Notes under the pieces: generated by a model
What the model was told of the DNA's origin: nothing
Seen by the model: only the letters and a program-made list of their open reading frames with translations
Databases searched by the model: none
In this document: positions 33,639 through 43,036 of the stretch, piece after piece
How the letters are laid out: each line of letters opens with the position of its first letter
Numbering within the stretch: position 1 is the first letter of the stretch
Origin: Polyangiales bacterium
GTDB lineage: Bacteria > Myxococcota_A > Polyangia > Polyangiales > Houyiibacteriaceae
DNA: 64,000 bases
NCBI GenBank assembly: GCA_045106895.1
Contig: JBGCFM010000046.1
Location: 68,448 to 132,447 of the forward strand
Direction: 5' to 3'
Program-made: the position numbers and the translations under genes

Positions 33639-36600
33639 CAGGAGAAGAGCAATCGGCGTCGTTTGAGGCGGATGATGACCTCTCGATACCAGTGAGTGGA
33701 GAGACTGTAGCGCCCTTCCTCACAGATCAGAAGTGAGCGCGTTTCGAGGAGTTGGAGAAGGGAGACGCTGCGCACGTGGGAGATGCGAAGGGTGCTGGCG
33801 AGCTCCGTGGGGCTTAGGTTCTTGTGGAGCGTGACGCTCGCCAACACGAAGAGTGTTTCGATATGGATCTGGTTGAGAACTTCGGTGTCCGGCTTCGCAA
33901 AGATCTTCGCGCTCCACCGCTTATCGCCGGCAGGTCGCAGCGAGCGCTGCCAGTAGTGGAGGGCGACGCGTGGGTTGCCGCCGCTGTAGTGCCAGAGGAG
34001 TCGAAATAGCTCCTCTTTGGCGCGCTGGATGGCCCGTCCGCGAGGACGCCCGATGAGAGCCGGGTCGACCATCGAACCGAAATCAACTTTCAGGCCCGCC
34101 TGGCGAATTCGCCGCATACACATCTGTTCCACGTCCTCTTCGGACCACCCCGAAAGCGAGACGATGCTCTCGAACATCTGCTGTCCCGCCGCAGCGCTGC
34201 GAAGGTAGGACCACGCGTGAAGAGTGAAGCTGCAGCACCAGACGACGCGGTGCTGCGTGCGGCCGACGAGCGTCGCCAGCTCCACGAAGGGCTCGGCTCC
34301 GCCAATTCGGCGCAGGAAGAGGTTCTGGCATTCATCCAGGAGGATGGTCCGCGCAGGACCATTGGCGAGCTCTTCGGCGAGGGTCTCCAAATTGCCCTCG
34401 TGACCCAGCGCCTTCGGCAGCCACTTCACGAACTCCGCTGGGTCATGGCATTCGCAGGGGACCACGGCAGAGAGCGCACCGGTCTTTCGTTCCGCCTCCT
34501 CGAGCCAGAGCGTCTTGCCGCTTCCGCATTCTCCCACGAGGGCGAAGGCGCCGCCGCGTTCGGAACCGGCGCGGGCGATGAGGGCGTCCATCTCTGGATA
34601 CACGTCGATGCACGCGCCCGGCGCAGGCGTGAGCTCGAAAGGAAGCCCCTCCGCATCGTTTGCCGTCTCAACGCCGTCCGTGGAGGTGACCTTGCGCTCC
34701 GAAAAGAACGCGAGCGTCCTTCGACCCAGGGCGAAGCCGCCTGCGAGTCCTTGGACTGTTTCCAGGGCCCAGTCCCAGGTGACGACGCCGAGCGCCACGA
34801 GCGTCGCCGGCATGTGGATGTGGACGCCTCCGGTTTTGATGGCGGGCACAAGGCGGCCGTCTGGATGGGTCTCCAGGTAGTATCGGTCGATGGCGTTGCG
34901 CCAGCGGAAGAAGGTCGCCAGCCCAAGCACGACGCTCCCCAGGATTAGAACCCGCACCAGGTAGCTGTGAAGTGTGCCCTTTCCGACAATGCCGCTCGAC
35001 ATGTTGAGCAGCAGGTAGGAGATGAGTGCGAATCGCCCGATCCGCGTCACGCTCCGCTCAACAGGCTTCCGCTCTTCGGGGCGTACGTGGGAAGAGCGTC
35101 CAGAGAGTTCGTGGGTCACGAGCCGAACGCATAGGCGGTACACGCCCCACGCAATGGAGACGTGAACCGCGAGCTCAAAACCTGTTCCGAACTCGAGCCG
35201 CCGCCCGACGGACATCGCAATCATGGTTCCGACGATGGCGATGAGGGAGCCCAAGGCTGCCTCCGCGCGGGAGAACGTGCGGCCCACCCAGCCTCGCCAC
35301 CGGCTTGGTCCCACGGCGGCGGCGAGTCTGCGTCCGACGTAGGCCGCGAGGGTTTCTCGTCGCCGCCAGAGAAGAATCGTTCCGAAGATGATGCCCAGAA
35401 GAGATATGAAGAGGCTTCGTGTCTCGGGCTCAGTCGCCAACGCCCACAGCTGCGCCGGGTACGTATCGAGGTCTTCCTGAACGCGCCGAGCCGTCGCGCG
35501 CGTCATGAGTTCGAGCTGACCGACCTCGCGGAGTAGTTGTGCACGCCCTTCATCGCCGAACCCGACGAGCGCGTCTCCGCGTGCTGGACTGACGAACTGG
35601 AGAAGCTCTAGGCGAAGCTCATTCCCGTCGTGGAGCGTGCTCGAGAGCGCGCGAACATACTCGCGGGCCAGGCGCTGGAGAGTCTCTTGCGCTTCCTCTC
35701 GCGCCAGCCGTGTCTCCTCGATATCTGCGCGGAGCGTCTCTCGTCCCGCTGTGAGAGAAGCAGGCGCTGGGAGCTCGTCGCGGCGGTCGAGAGCCTCGCG
35801 GAGGGCTCGGCGGGTGTCGATAAGAACATCCACGAGCGCCTCATAGAATTCGTCGGCGCGCTCCGGGGAGAGGTCTCCGGCACGAATGGCGGACTGAACA
35901 TCGCCGATGGTGGCGAGGCGCCGCTCCTCGGCCTCGTGCCCGGCTTGGCGCGCTCGGGCGGCCTCGCCGAGTCGAGCTGCGATGGCGGCGCGCTCACCCT
36001 GAAGGAGCGCGCGGCTCTCCGCGATACTTCGCTCTCGTTCGTTGCGTGCTGCCAATGCCTCGGCGTTGGCGCGCACCGTCGCCTCCTCGGCGCGGCGTCT
36101 CGCCTCGTCCGCCTCGGCGGCGGCGGCTTCGGATTCCGCGATGCGTGCGTCGATGGACTGCCGTGCTTCCAGGGCGCTCAGCCGGGCGTCCAGGTCGTGT
36201 TCGGAGAGGGCAAGGAGGTCGAAGCGCAGCTTGTTGGCGCGAGCTTCCAGCGTTGCGAGTTCCTCGGCGACAGCATCGCTGAGCGCGGCCTCGCTCCCAG
36301 CTGGGTCTGTGGTTTCGCCTTCGGCCGGCTCGCCTTCCGAGGGCTCGCCTTCCGCGGTTTCGCCTTCCGCGGGCTCGCCTTCCGCGGGTTGTCCGGCGCC
36401 GTCGTCACCGGAATCGGCGTTGGCACCGCCGGCATCGGCGACGCCCGCGTCGATTTCTGCGTCGTGTGCAGCGTCGGGTGCAGCGTCGGGTCCGGCGTCG
36501 CTCACTCCTGCGTCCGCCCCGTCAGGGTCGGTGTCGTCCGCTTCGGCGCTGTCGGCAACGAGAGCGGCGACAACCTGAAGCGAGCGAAGTCGCTCCCGCT

Positions 36601-36916
36601 CCGCGTCGCGCAGTTCGGGTCGACGAATATCCACACTGAAGAGCGTCTCAAAGCGACTGCCCGGAAGCGGCTCCCCGTCCAGCAGAGCTTCAAGCTCGGC
36701 GATGCGATGTCTCGCCCGTTCCAGGGCTTCGGCATGCGCTTCGGGGGCGCCCAGGACCGTCCCTTCTTCGTCGCCTGCGGTTTCGTCGTTTGCGTCCGCG
36801 TCCGCGTCCGCGGCTGGTCCCGCATCCACTGGTGAAACAACCGGATCCGGAGCCGGTTGTGCTGCCGCCATGCTCACGAAGGCCATGAGCAGCAGCGCGA
36901 GACACATGCGCTTCAC
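33638..36916 (-). CDS. Large membrane protein: signal peptide, coiled coil, TM bundle, cytoplasmic P-loop ATPase (AAA/STAND-like)
   Basis: Signal MKRMCLALLLMAFVSMAAA-Q; acidic linker; Glu/Ala/Arg coiled coil; several TM helices; GECGSGKT, ILLDECQNL, SGGNPR; C-terminal wHTH-like segment. Confidence 0.78.
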   Translation of the reverse strand: MKRMCLALLLMAFVSMAAAQPAPDPVVSPVDAGPAADADADANDETAGDEEGTVLGAPEAHAEALERARHRIAELEALLDGEPLPGSRFETLFSVDIRRPELRDAERERLRSLQVVAALVADSAEADDTDPDGADAGVSDAGPDAAPDAAHDAEIDAGVADAGGANADSGDDGAGQPAEGEPAEGETAEGEPSEGEPAEGETTDPAGSEAALSDAVAEELATLEARANKLRFDLLALSEHDLDARLSALEARQSIDARIAESEAAAAEADEARRRAEEATVRANAEALAARNERERSIAESRALLQGERAAIAARLGEAARARQAGHEAEERRLATIGDVQSAIRAGDLSPERADEFYEALVDVLIDTRRALREALDRRDELPAPASLTAGRETLRADIEETRLAREEAQETLQRLAREYVRALSSTLHDGNELRLELLQFVSPARGDALVGFGDEGRAQLLREVGQLELMTRATARRVQEDLDTYPAQLWALATEPETRSLFISLLGIIFGTILLWRRRETLAAYVGRRLAAAVGPSRWRGWVGRTFSRAEAALGSLIAIVGTMIAMSVGRRLEFGTGFELAVHVSIAWGVYRLCVRLVTHELSGRSSHVRPEERKPVERSVTRIGRFALISYLLLNMSSGIVGKGTLHSYLVRVLILGSVVLGLATFFRWRNAIDRYYLETHPDGRLVPAIKTGGVHIHMPATLVALGVVTWDWALETVQGLAGGFALGRRTLAFFSERKVTSTDGVETANDAEGLPFELTPAPGACIDVYPEMDALIARAGSERGGAFALVGECGSGKTLWLEEAERKTGALSAVVPCECHDPAEFVKWLPKALGHEGNLETLAEELANGPARTILLDECQNLFLRRIGGAEPFVELATLVGRTQHRVVWCCSFTLHAWSYLRSAAAGQQMFESIVSLSGWSEEDVEQMCMRRIRQAGLKVDFGSMVDPALIGRPRGRAIQRAKEELFRLLWHYSGGNPRVALHYWQRSLRPAGDKRWSAKIFAKPDTEVLNQIHIETLFVLASVTLHKNLSPTELASTLRISHVRSVSLLQLLETRSLLICEEGRYSLSTHWYREVIIRLKRRRLLFS
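36311..36389 (-). repeat. 15-bp coding tandem repeat (GEPAE/GETAE/GEPSE)
   Basis: About 5 copies of TCGCCTTCCGCGGGC-like units on the + strand. Confidence 0.85.
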
Positions 36917-38745
36917 GGGTTCTCCTCCACCAGGCGCAAAAGCTCATCACCGAAGCGCTCGATCTTGATATTGCCGAGGCCGGGGATCGCCTCCAGCTCC
37001 TTCAGGGATCCAGGTCGTTGTTCGTCGATGGCCACAATGGTCTTCTTCTGAAACACCATGTACGGCTTCCACTTTAGCTCACGTGCTTTTCGCTGCCTGA
37101 ACCGCTCAAGCGCGCCCTGCAGCGGCGTGTAGTAGGCCCTCGTCGCGGCTTTGCCGAGCCCACGTTTGGGCGCGCGTTTTTTCGAGACGCTTCGTTTCGG
37201 CGCCGCCTTTGCAGCGGATGCACGGACTGGCTTTCCGGGCAACCAGACCGTCGGGTACTTGTTCCCTTTGCGAACCAGCTCACCGTTGTCGAGGCAGTCC
37301 TCGATGCATCGAACGATGGCGCGTTCGTCGACACCCCGCAGGGCTCCGTGCTGGGAAATCTTGAGCAGGCCGCACTTGTTGAGGCTCTTTGCCCGAGAGC
37401 CGCGAAGGGCGCGGGCGATACCGGTTTTGCCAGCGGGCTTACTCAGCTCGCCGACGGCGGCGATGACGGTGGCGCGCTCCCCTGGGCTGAGCGCATCCAC
37501 CACCTCGTGCCGCGCCTCAAGCTCTGGTGTGACCACAACGCTGTCCGTGCAGACGTCGCACCGGCCGCACGCAGGGCTTTCGCTCATCCCGAAGTGTGCG
37601 CAGATGCTTTGCTCGCGACACTCGTCCGTCAACGCGTACGACTCCATGGCCCTCAGCGCTTCTCCGAGACCACGGCCCGAACCGATGAGACGCTGCGTCG
37701 CCATGTCCGCGTCGGAGAAAAAGAGCACGCAGCGCGCGGGTTCGTTGTCACGGCCGGCGCGTCCCGCCTCTTGGTAGTACGCCTCAAGACTCCCAGGGGA
37801 TTGAAAGTGCGCGACGAGTCGAACGTCGGGGAAGTCGATGCCCATTCCAAACGCGCTCGTCGCGACGAGCACGCGAACACGTCCGGCGGCGAAGGCGTGT
37901 TGCGCCTTCTCGCGCTGAATCTTGGTCCGGCCCGCGTGATAGTGGCGCGACGCGAACCCGGCAGACGCTAGGTCCGCGGCGACCTTCTCCGTGTGCTTGC
38001 GCGTGCTGCAGTAGATGATGGCTTTGCCACCGACGGTCCGGCCTCGCAGCCCCGCTGAATCGAGGAGCTCCACAAGCCTCGCCGTGCGTGCGTCGTGCTT
38101 TGCGATGAGCTCAACGCCGAAGGACAAGTTGGGGCGCCGGAAGTCTCCGCGTACCACGTGGGGACTCTGAAGACCCAGACGCCGAACGAGCTCTTTGAGG
38201 ACTCGTGGTGTCGCCGTCGCGGTGACGGCCATCATCGGGCCGTCCACGAACTCCCGTAGTTCAGCGAGTTGCATGTACTCCGGACGAAAGTCGTGCCCCC
38301 ATTGGCTCACGCAGTGTGCTTCGTCGATGGCGACGAACCCTGGTCTCCGCCGCTCAAGGGTCCTTCGAAATCCATCCTGGGCGGCGCGTTCGGGAGAGAC
38401 GTAGAGGAACTCGACTTCGCCTTCTTCGTAGTCGGCGATCATCTGACGCGCGTCGGCGGCGCTCAGGTGCGAGTTGAGCGCGCCGGCCCGCACGCCGCGG
38501 CTCCGGAGTGCGTCGACCTGATCCGCCATGAGCGCGATGAGCGGCGAGATGACGAGCGTTGGCCCGTGCCCCAAGCGCGCGCGCGCAATGCCCGGCACCT
38601 GAAAGCACAGTGACTTCCCGGCGCCGGTGGGGAGGAGCACTGCAGCGTCGTCTCCGCGCATGGCCGGCTCGATGGCTTCGGCCTGGCCGGTGCGAAAGTC
38701 GCCAAACCCGAACACTTCGCGGAGTACGTCTTTGGCTACGTCCAT
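36913..38745 (-). CDS. recQ: RecQ-family DNA helicase with Zn-binding, RQC and HRDC domains
   Basis: PTGAGKSLCFQ, SPLIALM.DQ, YVSPER, DEAHCVSQWGHDFRPEY, TATAT, AFGMGID, YYQEAGRAGRD, CR..CGRCDVC, PYMVF..IPGLG..KIERFG. Start 38745 or 38757. Confidence 0.95.
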   Translation of the reverse strand: MDVAKDVLREVFGFGDFRTGQAEAIEPAMRGDDAAVLLPTGAGKSLCFQVPGIARARLGHGPTLVISPLIALMADQVDALRSRGVRAGALNSHLSAADARQMIADYEEGEVEFLYVSPERAAQDGFRRTLERRRPGFVAIDEAHCVSQWGHDFRPEYMQLAELREFVDGPMMAVTATATPRVLKELVRRLGLQSPHVVRGDFRRPNLSFGVELIAKHDARTARLVELLDSAGLRGRTVGGKAIIYCSTRKHTEKVAADLASAGFASRHYHAGRTKIQREKAQHAFAAGRVRVLVATSAFGMGIDFPDVRLVAHFQSPGSLEAYYQEAGRAGRDNEPARCVLFFSDADMATQRLIGSGRGLGEALRAMESYALTDECREQSICAHFGMSESPACGRCDVCTDSVVVTPELEARHEVVDALSPGERATVIAAVGELSKPAGKTGIARALRGSRAKSLNKCGLLKISQHGALRGVDERAIVRCIEDCLDNGELVRKGNKYPTVWLPGKPVRASAAKAAPKRSVSKKRAPKRGLGKAATRAYYTPLQGALERFRQRKARELKWKPYMVFQKKTIVAIDEQRPGSLKELEAIPGLGNIKIERFGDELLRLVEENP

Positions 38746-38852
38746 CGGCGAGAGCATCGCAGAGTGATAGGGCAAAAAGGTCGGGCAGGCCCGTGCATTT
38801 GATGAGAGCCCATTTGCACCGTCGAACATCCACTTTTCGGCTACTGTCGGGC

Positions 38853-39569
38853 GTGGGCTACCGAGACGAGAGTGACGCACTGCGGGCCAAATTGGCCGCA
38901 AAAGAGGCTGAACTCGCAGAGGCCAACGCGAAGCTCGCCGCGTTTCAGGGCGAGGCGCCGACTGAAAAGGCGAACGCGTTTCTGGGTGCGCCGACGAAGC
39001 TGGTCGTCGAACGGACTTTCGCGAGGCCGATGAGTGAGGAGCTCCTGGAGGGGATCGTGCGAATACTCCGCGAGCGTTCGGACAACCTCGGCCGGATGGA
39101 ACGCCTCGGCGACACGGTGTCTTGGACATCGACGCCTCAGGGGGGAAGCGCCCATCAGCCCCTTGAGGTCACCATCGAGCGTCGGGGCGACGAGACCTTC
39201 GTGCGCATTCGTGAGCGGCTGGGGCAATACGCCGGCGGCATCTACGGAGGGCTCGTCGGCGGCCTCGGGGGTGGCGGAATGCCCGGCGTGATCGGGCTTT
39301 CGTTGGCCCTTTCTCTATCGCCGATCGCGATCCCGATGATCGCGTTCGCTTGGGTTGGAGCCGTCTATCTTGGCGCCCGCGGGATCTACAAGAGTGTCGT
39401 GACGAGACATGCGAAGCGAAACGCGGGCACGATGGCGGCTATCGCTGAGCTGATGGGCGCCCCTCGCGTACGCGCGCCGGACGAGAGCTCGGTCCCCGCG
39501 GAAGAAGCGCACGAGCTTTTCGAGGAAGAGGAGCAGCCCTCGAAGCTTGAACGCCTCGAGGACGCATAG
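38853..39569 (+). CDS. Hypothetical membrane protein (N-terminal coiled coil, Gly-rich TM hairpin)
   Basis: GTG GGC TAC (MGYRDESDALRAKL) preceded by TACTGT; GGIYGGLVGGLGGGG followed by two hydrophobic helices. Confidence 0.7.
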   Translation: MGYRDESDALRAKLAAKEAELAEANAKLAAFQGEAPTEKANAFLGAPTKLVVERTFARPMSEELLEGIVRILRERSDNLGRMERLGDTVSWTSTPQGGSAHQPLEVTIERRGDETFVRIRERLGQYAGGIYGGLVGGLGGGGMPGVIGLSLALSLSPIAIPMIAFAWVGAVYLGARGIYKSVVTRHAKRNAGTMAAIAELMGAPRVRAPDESSVPAEEAHELFEEEEQPSKLERLEDA

Positions 39570-39672
39570 CTTTGTCCGTACGCCGCGCGTCGTTGCTTCG
39601 CGCGTGGTTGCCGGCAAGACTCCCGCGCATGACGTGCCTCAGCGCTTCCACCCTTTGCCAGCGAGCCGAACC

Positions 39673-40446
39673 ATGACCGCCGGCGAAGAGCTCCGCGTCT
39701 TCACGTGGAACCTCAACGGGCTGGAGAGCGCGCGGCTGGACTCACGCATGGAGAAGGCCTGCATCCAGATGGTTCTTGGCGTCACGTTACGCGAAGCGAT
39801 GGCCGGCGCGCCAAGCCCGCCACTTCCGCACGTGTTCTGTCTCCAAGAGGTTGTGCGGCGCGTGCACATCGATAAGCTGCGACACCACTTCGGCGCCGCT
39901 GGTTTCACGCTTGTCCCCGCCGAGCCTCCAGAGCGCGAAGACTATTCGCTTATCGCGGTACGCCCGCCGTGGACCATCACTGAGAGCGCCTATGTGCCTT
40001 TCGAGCACTCGAAGCTCGCGCGCGGGTACACGGAGGTACAGATCCGCAGCGACAGCGGCCAAGAGGCGCTTGTCCTGACGGCGCACATGGAGAGCCTTCG
40101 AAGTGGCGGCGAGGACCGCACCTCGCAGACGCTTCAGATCGACGCGCGTCTCATGGCCGGCGCCGAAAGCTTGCGTCCGGCCATCTTCGCCGGCGACACC
40201 AACCTGCGCGAAGCGGAGTTCGTCGCGGCTCGCGCCGAGGGGTGTCTTCTGCGTGATGTCTTTGACCTCGCGAAGCGCCCGGCTGCGCACAACGCGACCT
40301 GGTGGCCCGAAGGCTCGCGACGCGGATACCGATTCGATCGCATCTGGCTCGACCCCATCAGCACCGGCGCCCTCGTCGACTTTCGCACGCGCCGGCGCTC
40401 AAAGCTCAGCGACCACTCGGCCCTCGAAGCCTGTTTTCGCTTCTAG
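39673..40446 (+). CDS. Endonuclease/exonuclease/phosphatase family, TDP2-like
   Basis: TWNLNGL, LQEV, AHMES, IFAGDTNLR, TW, RFDRIW, SDH. Confidence 0.85.
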   Translation: MTAGEELRVFTWNLNGLESARLDSRMEKACIQMVLGVTLREAMAGAPSPPLPHVFCLQEVVRRVHIDKLRHHFGAAGFTLVPAEPPEREDYSLIAVRPPWTITESAYVPFEHSKLARGYTEVQIRSDSGQEALVLTAHMESLRSGGEDRTSQTLQIDARLMAGAESLRPAIFAGDTNLREAEFVAARAEGCLLRDVFDLAKRPAAHNATWWPEGSRRGYRFDRIWLDPISTGALVDFRTRRRSKLSDHSALEACFRF

Positions 40447-40514
40447 TCCATCGAGTCACGGGTCATCATCGTCGCCAGGCTCGCCCCCGCCGCGGATGAC
40501 CCTAAGCCCCATCG

Positions 40515-41978
40515 GTGGAAGAGACCTTCGACGCGGTGGTTATCGGCGCAGGCTTTGGCGGGCTGAGCGCAGCGCTGTCGCTCGCTCACGGCGGCGCGAA
40601 GGTCGCGCTCTTAGAACGCCTGCGATATCCCGGAGGCTGCGCGTCCACCTTCGAGCGCGGCGGCTCTCGCTACGAGAGTGGCGCGACTCTCTTTAGCGGC
40701 TTCGCCGAAGGCCAGCTCTTCCATCGATGGATTCGCGACCACGCGCTGCCAGTGAAGTTCGAGACCTTCGATCCGCTTGTGGAGTACCGCAGCGAAGACG
40801 TCACGTTTGGTGCATCTCCAGAGCGCGAGGAGTTCCTCCACAGGATCTGCGCCATCGATGGTGTTCCCGAGGCCCCGACGCGCCGCTTCTTCAAAGAGCA
40901 GGCGAAGGTGGCGAAGGCCCTGTGGGAACTCTTCGACGACCCGGCGATGCTCCCGCCGTTCAACCTTCGAAACCTCAGCCGGCACCTCCTTCGGAGCCCG
41001 CGTTACCTGCCGCTTCTTCGAGTCGTCGGACTCCCGCTGGCGACCGTGCTGCACCGCCACGGACTCGCTGACGTGGAGCCTCTCAAGAACTACCTCGACG
41101 CGGTCTGTCAGATCACCGTTCAGTGCGGCGTCGATGAGGTCGAGGCGCCCTTCGCCCTCGGTGCCATGGACTACTACTTTCGTGGCACCGGCCACATCCA
41201 CGGTGGCATCGGGGAGCTCGCGACGGCCCTCGCGACGAGCATCGATTCCGTCGCCGGCTCGGAAGTTCACTACTCCCGCGCAGTGAAGAGCATCCGCCGC
41301 AAAGATGAGCTCTGGCATATTGATGCCAGGCGCGGCGCCCTACGCGCTCGGCACGTCGTTGCGAATCTCACGCCGCATGCTCTTGGACGCCTCTGGGGTG
41401 AGGAGACGCCGCGCCTCACGCGCATGAAAGCGGAGGTCGAAACGGGGTGGGGCGCGTGCATGCTCTATCTTCGCTTGCCGAAGTCATTCCAAGGCCGTTC
41501 CGAAGCACACCATCTTCAGCTTGTGGGCGACACGTCGCGGCCGCTCCAGGATGGCAACCATGTGTTTTGTTCCCTCAGCGGCGAGGACGAACATCGCAAC
41601 GAGGAAGGCGAGCGCACTGTCACGTGCTCCACGCACGTTCGTATGTCGGCTCTCCGCGGGGCGGAGGATCAGGGCGCCTTCGTGGAGGGCATTCAGCAGC
41701 GGATGCAGGAGACCATCGCCCTTCGAGCACCGGAGCTTTTGGCGCGTACCACGATGAAAGGCAGCCCGCGTACCTTCGAGCGTTTTACAGGGCGCGACTT
41801 CGGATACGTCGGCGGGATCCCGCGCCGTGCCGGACTGAGCAACTACCGGGACATGAGCAACGACCCCTTTGCGAAGGGTCTTCATATGGTCGGCGACAGC
41901 GTGTTCCCCGGCCAAAGCACGCTGGCCACTGCGCTCGGCGGCTTGAAGGTCGCCGAGCGAATCTTGAGCACGCTCTAA
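40515..41978 (+). CDS. Phytoene desaturase-family FAD oxidoreductase (CrtD/CrtH-like)
   Basis: VIGAGFGGLSAA, PGGCASTF.R, SGAT, GGIG.L, SPRTFERFTGR..GYVGG, LHMVGDSVFPGQST. Confidence 0.85.
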   Translation: MEETFDAVVIGAGFGGLSAALSLAHGGAKVALLERLRYPGGCASTFERGGSRYESGATLFSGFAEGQLFHRWIRDHALPVKFETFDPLVEYRSEDVTFGASPEREEFLHRICAIDGVPEAPTRRFFKEQAKVAKALWELFDDPAMLPPFNLRNLSRHLLRSPRYLPLLRVVGLPLATVLHRHGLADVEPLKNYLDAVCQITVQCGVDEVEAPFALGAMDYYFRGTGHIHGGIGELATALATSIDSVAGSEVHYSRAVKSIRRKDELWHIDARRGALRARHVVANLTPHALGRLWGEETPRLTRMKAEVETGWGACMLYLRLPKSFQGRSEAHHLQLVGDTSRPLQDGNHVFCSLSGEDEHRNEEGERTVTCSTHVRMSALRGAEDQGAFVEGIQQRMQETIALRAPELLARTTMKGSPRTFERFTGRDFGYVGGIPRRAGLSNYRDMSNDPFAKGLHMVGDSVFPGQSTLATALGGLKVAERILSTL

Positions 41979-41986
41979 GCCGAGGC

Positions 41987-42226
41987 TCAGTTCGAGAGGG
42001 GCTTTTCGTTTCCGTGGACGGCGAAGTAGGTGAGCGGGGCCGGAGAGCCGAGGACAAACCCCGACACGATCCAAGGCCATGGGTTGATCCCCCGCGCCCG
42101 GGCGTGCTGATGAACGAGGAAGTTGGCCATCGTCACCGCGCATATGAGGTCCATGAAGACCTGAGTTCCCCACCCGCCATCCATGATGAGCACGACGAGG
42201 GGAGCGAAGCCCGCGTTAGAGTTCAC
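41987..42226 (-). pseudogene. DUF2834-like small membrane protein, apparently 5'-truncated
   Basis: WGTQVFMDL...HARARGINPWPWI...LGSPAPLTY. In-frame TGA 5 codons upstream of the GTG; only 17 nt to the divergent HTH gene. Confidence 0.5.
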
Positions 42227-42243
42227 ATGAGGGGAGCTTCAGA

Positions 42244-43020
42244 ATGGCGAATATGTCGGCCGGCCAGGTCCTGCGAACTTGGCGAAAAGAGAAGGGCTAC
42301 AGCCAGCTGCGTCTGGGGACGGAGGCAGAGGTCAGCACGCGTCACCTCAGCTGCGTCGAAACGGGTCGCGCCCAGCCGAGCCGTCAGCTGCTGCTGATCC
42401 TCGCGAGCGCCCTCGAGTTGCCGCTCCGCGAGCGCAACGTGCTCCTTCGAACCGCCGGCTTCACACCGGCTTATAGCGACGCTGGCCTCGAGCACGCCTC
42501 GATGAAAAAGGTCCGCGAGGCTATCGCCTTCATCCTCGCGCAGCACGAGCCTTTTCCCGTCGTGGTCTTTGACCGGCATTGGCGCATCACGCATTTGAAC
42601 AATGGCGCGCTGCGTGTGTTTGGCAGTCTCGTCGGTCCTCTTCCGCCCGGCGCGGATGCCCTCGAACTGCTCTTTTCCCGCGGGGGCCTCGGACCCTTCT
42701 TGCTCAACTTTGACCAGGTCGCGTCCGCCGTCCTCGGTCGGGTCCGCGAAGAGTCGCGACACGATCCTGCGCTGGCGCGGCGCCTCGCAGAAGTCGTCGC
42801 TGGACTCCCGGACGGCTGGCAGGAGCCGCCACTCGGTGACGTCCCGGACGTCCTTGTGCCCGTTCGCCTTCGCTATGGTGAGGGGAAAGAATTCTCACTT
42901 TTTAGCACCCTCACCACGCTCGGGACGCCGTCCGACGCAACGGCTCAGGAGCTGCGCATCGAGACCTATTTCCCAGCGGATGCTTCCTCGCGCCAGCTCC
43001 TCGAAGACCTCGCCAAATGA
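42244..43020 (+). CDS. XRE-HTH regulator with an MmyB-like ligand-binding domain
   Basis: LRTWR...SQLRL..AEVSTRHLSCVETGRAQPSR, LPLRERNVLL..AGF, HEPFP, FSTLTTLGTP.D.T.QELRIE..FPAD. Start 42244 or 42253. Confidence 0.92.
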   Translation: MANMSAGQVLRTWRKEKGYSQLRLGTEAEVSTRHLSCVETGRAQPSRQLLLILASALELPLRERNVLLRTAGFTPAYSDAGLEHASMKKVREAIAFILAQHEPFPVVVFDRHWRITHLNNGALRVFGSLVGPLPPGADALELLFSRGGLGPFLLNFDQVASAVLGRVREESRHDPALARRLAEVVAGLPDGWQEPPLGDVPDVLVPVRLRYGEGKEFSLFSTLTTLGTPSDATAQELRIETYFPADASSRQLLEDLAK

Positions 43021-43036
43021 GCGCCCGGATGTCGTA

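Noticed and set aside
36913..39129. 738-aa RecQ with an N-terminal extension
   Set aside because: The extension overlaps the divergent gene starting at 38853 and has no domain character. RecQ similarity begins at about 38745.
40460..40502. 8-bp inverted repeat GGGTCATC/GATGACCC before the desaturase
   Set aside because: The 27-nt spacer, missing U-tract and single occurrence make chance plausible at this GC content.
40515..41978. Carotenoid biosynthesis cluster
   Set aside because: Only one desaturase-family gene is present; no crtB, crtE or crtY in the window.
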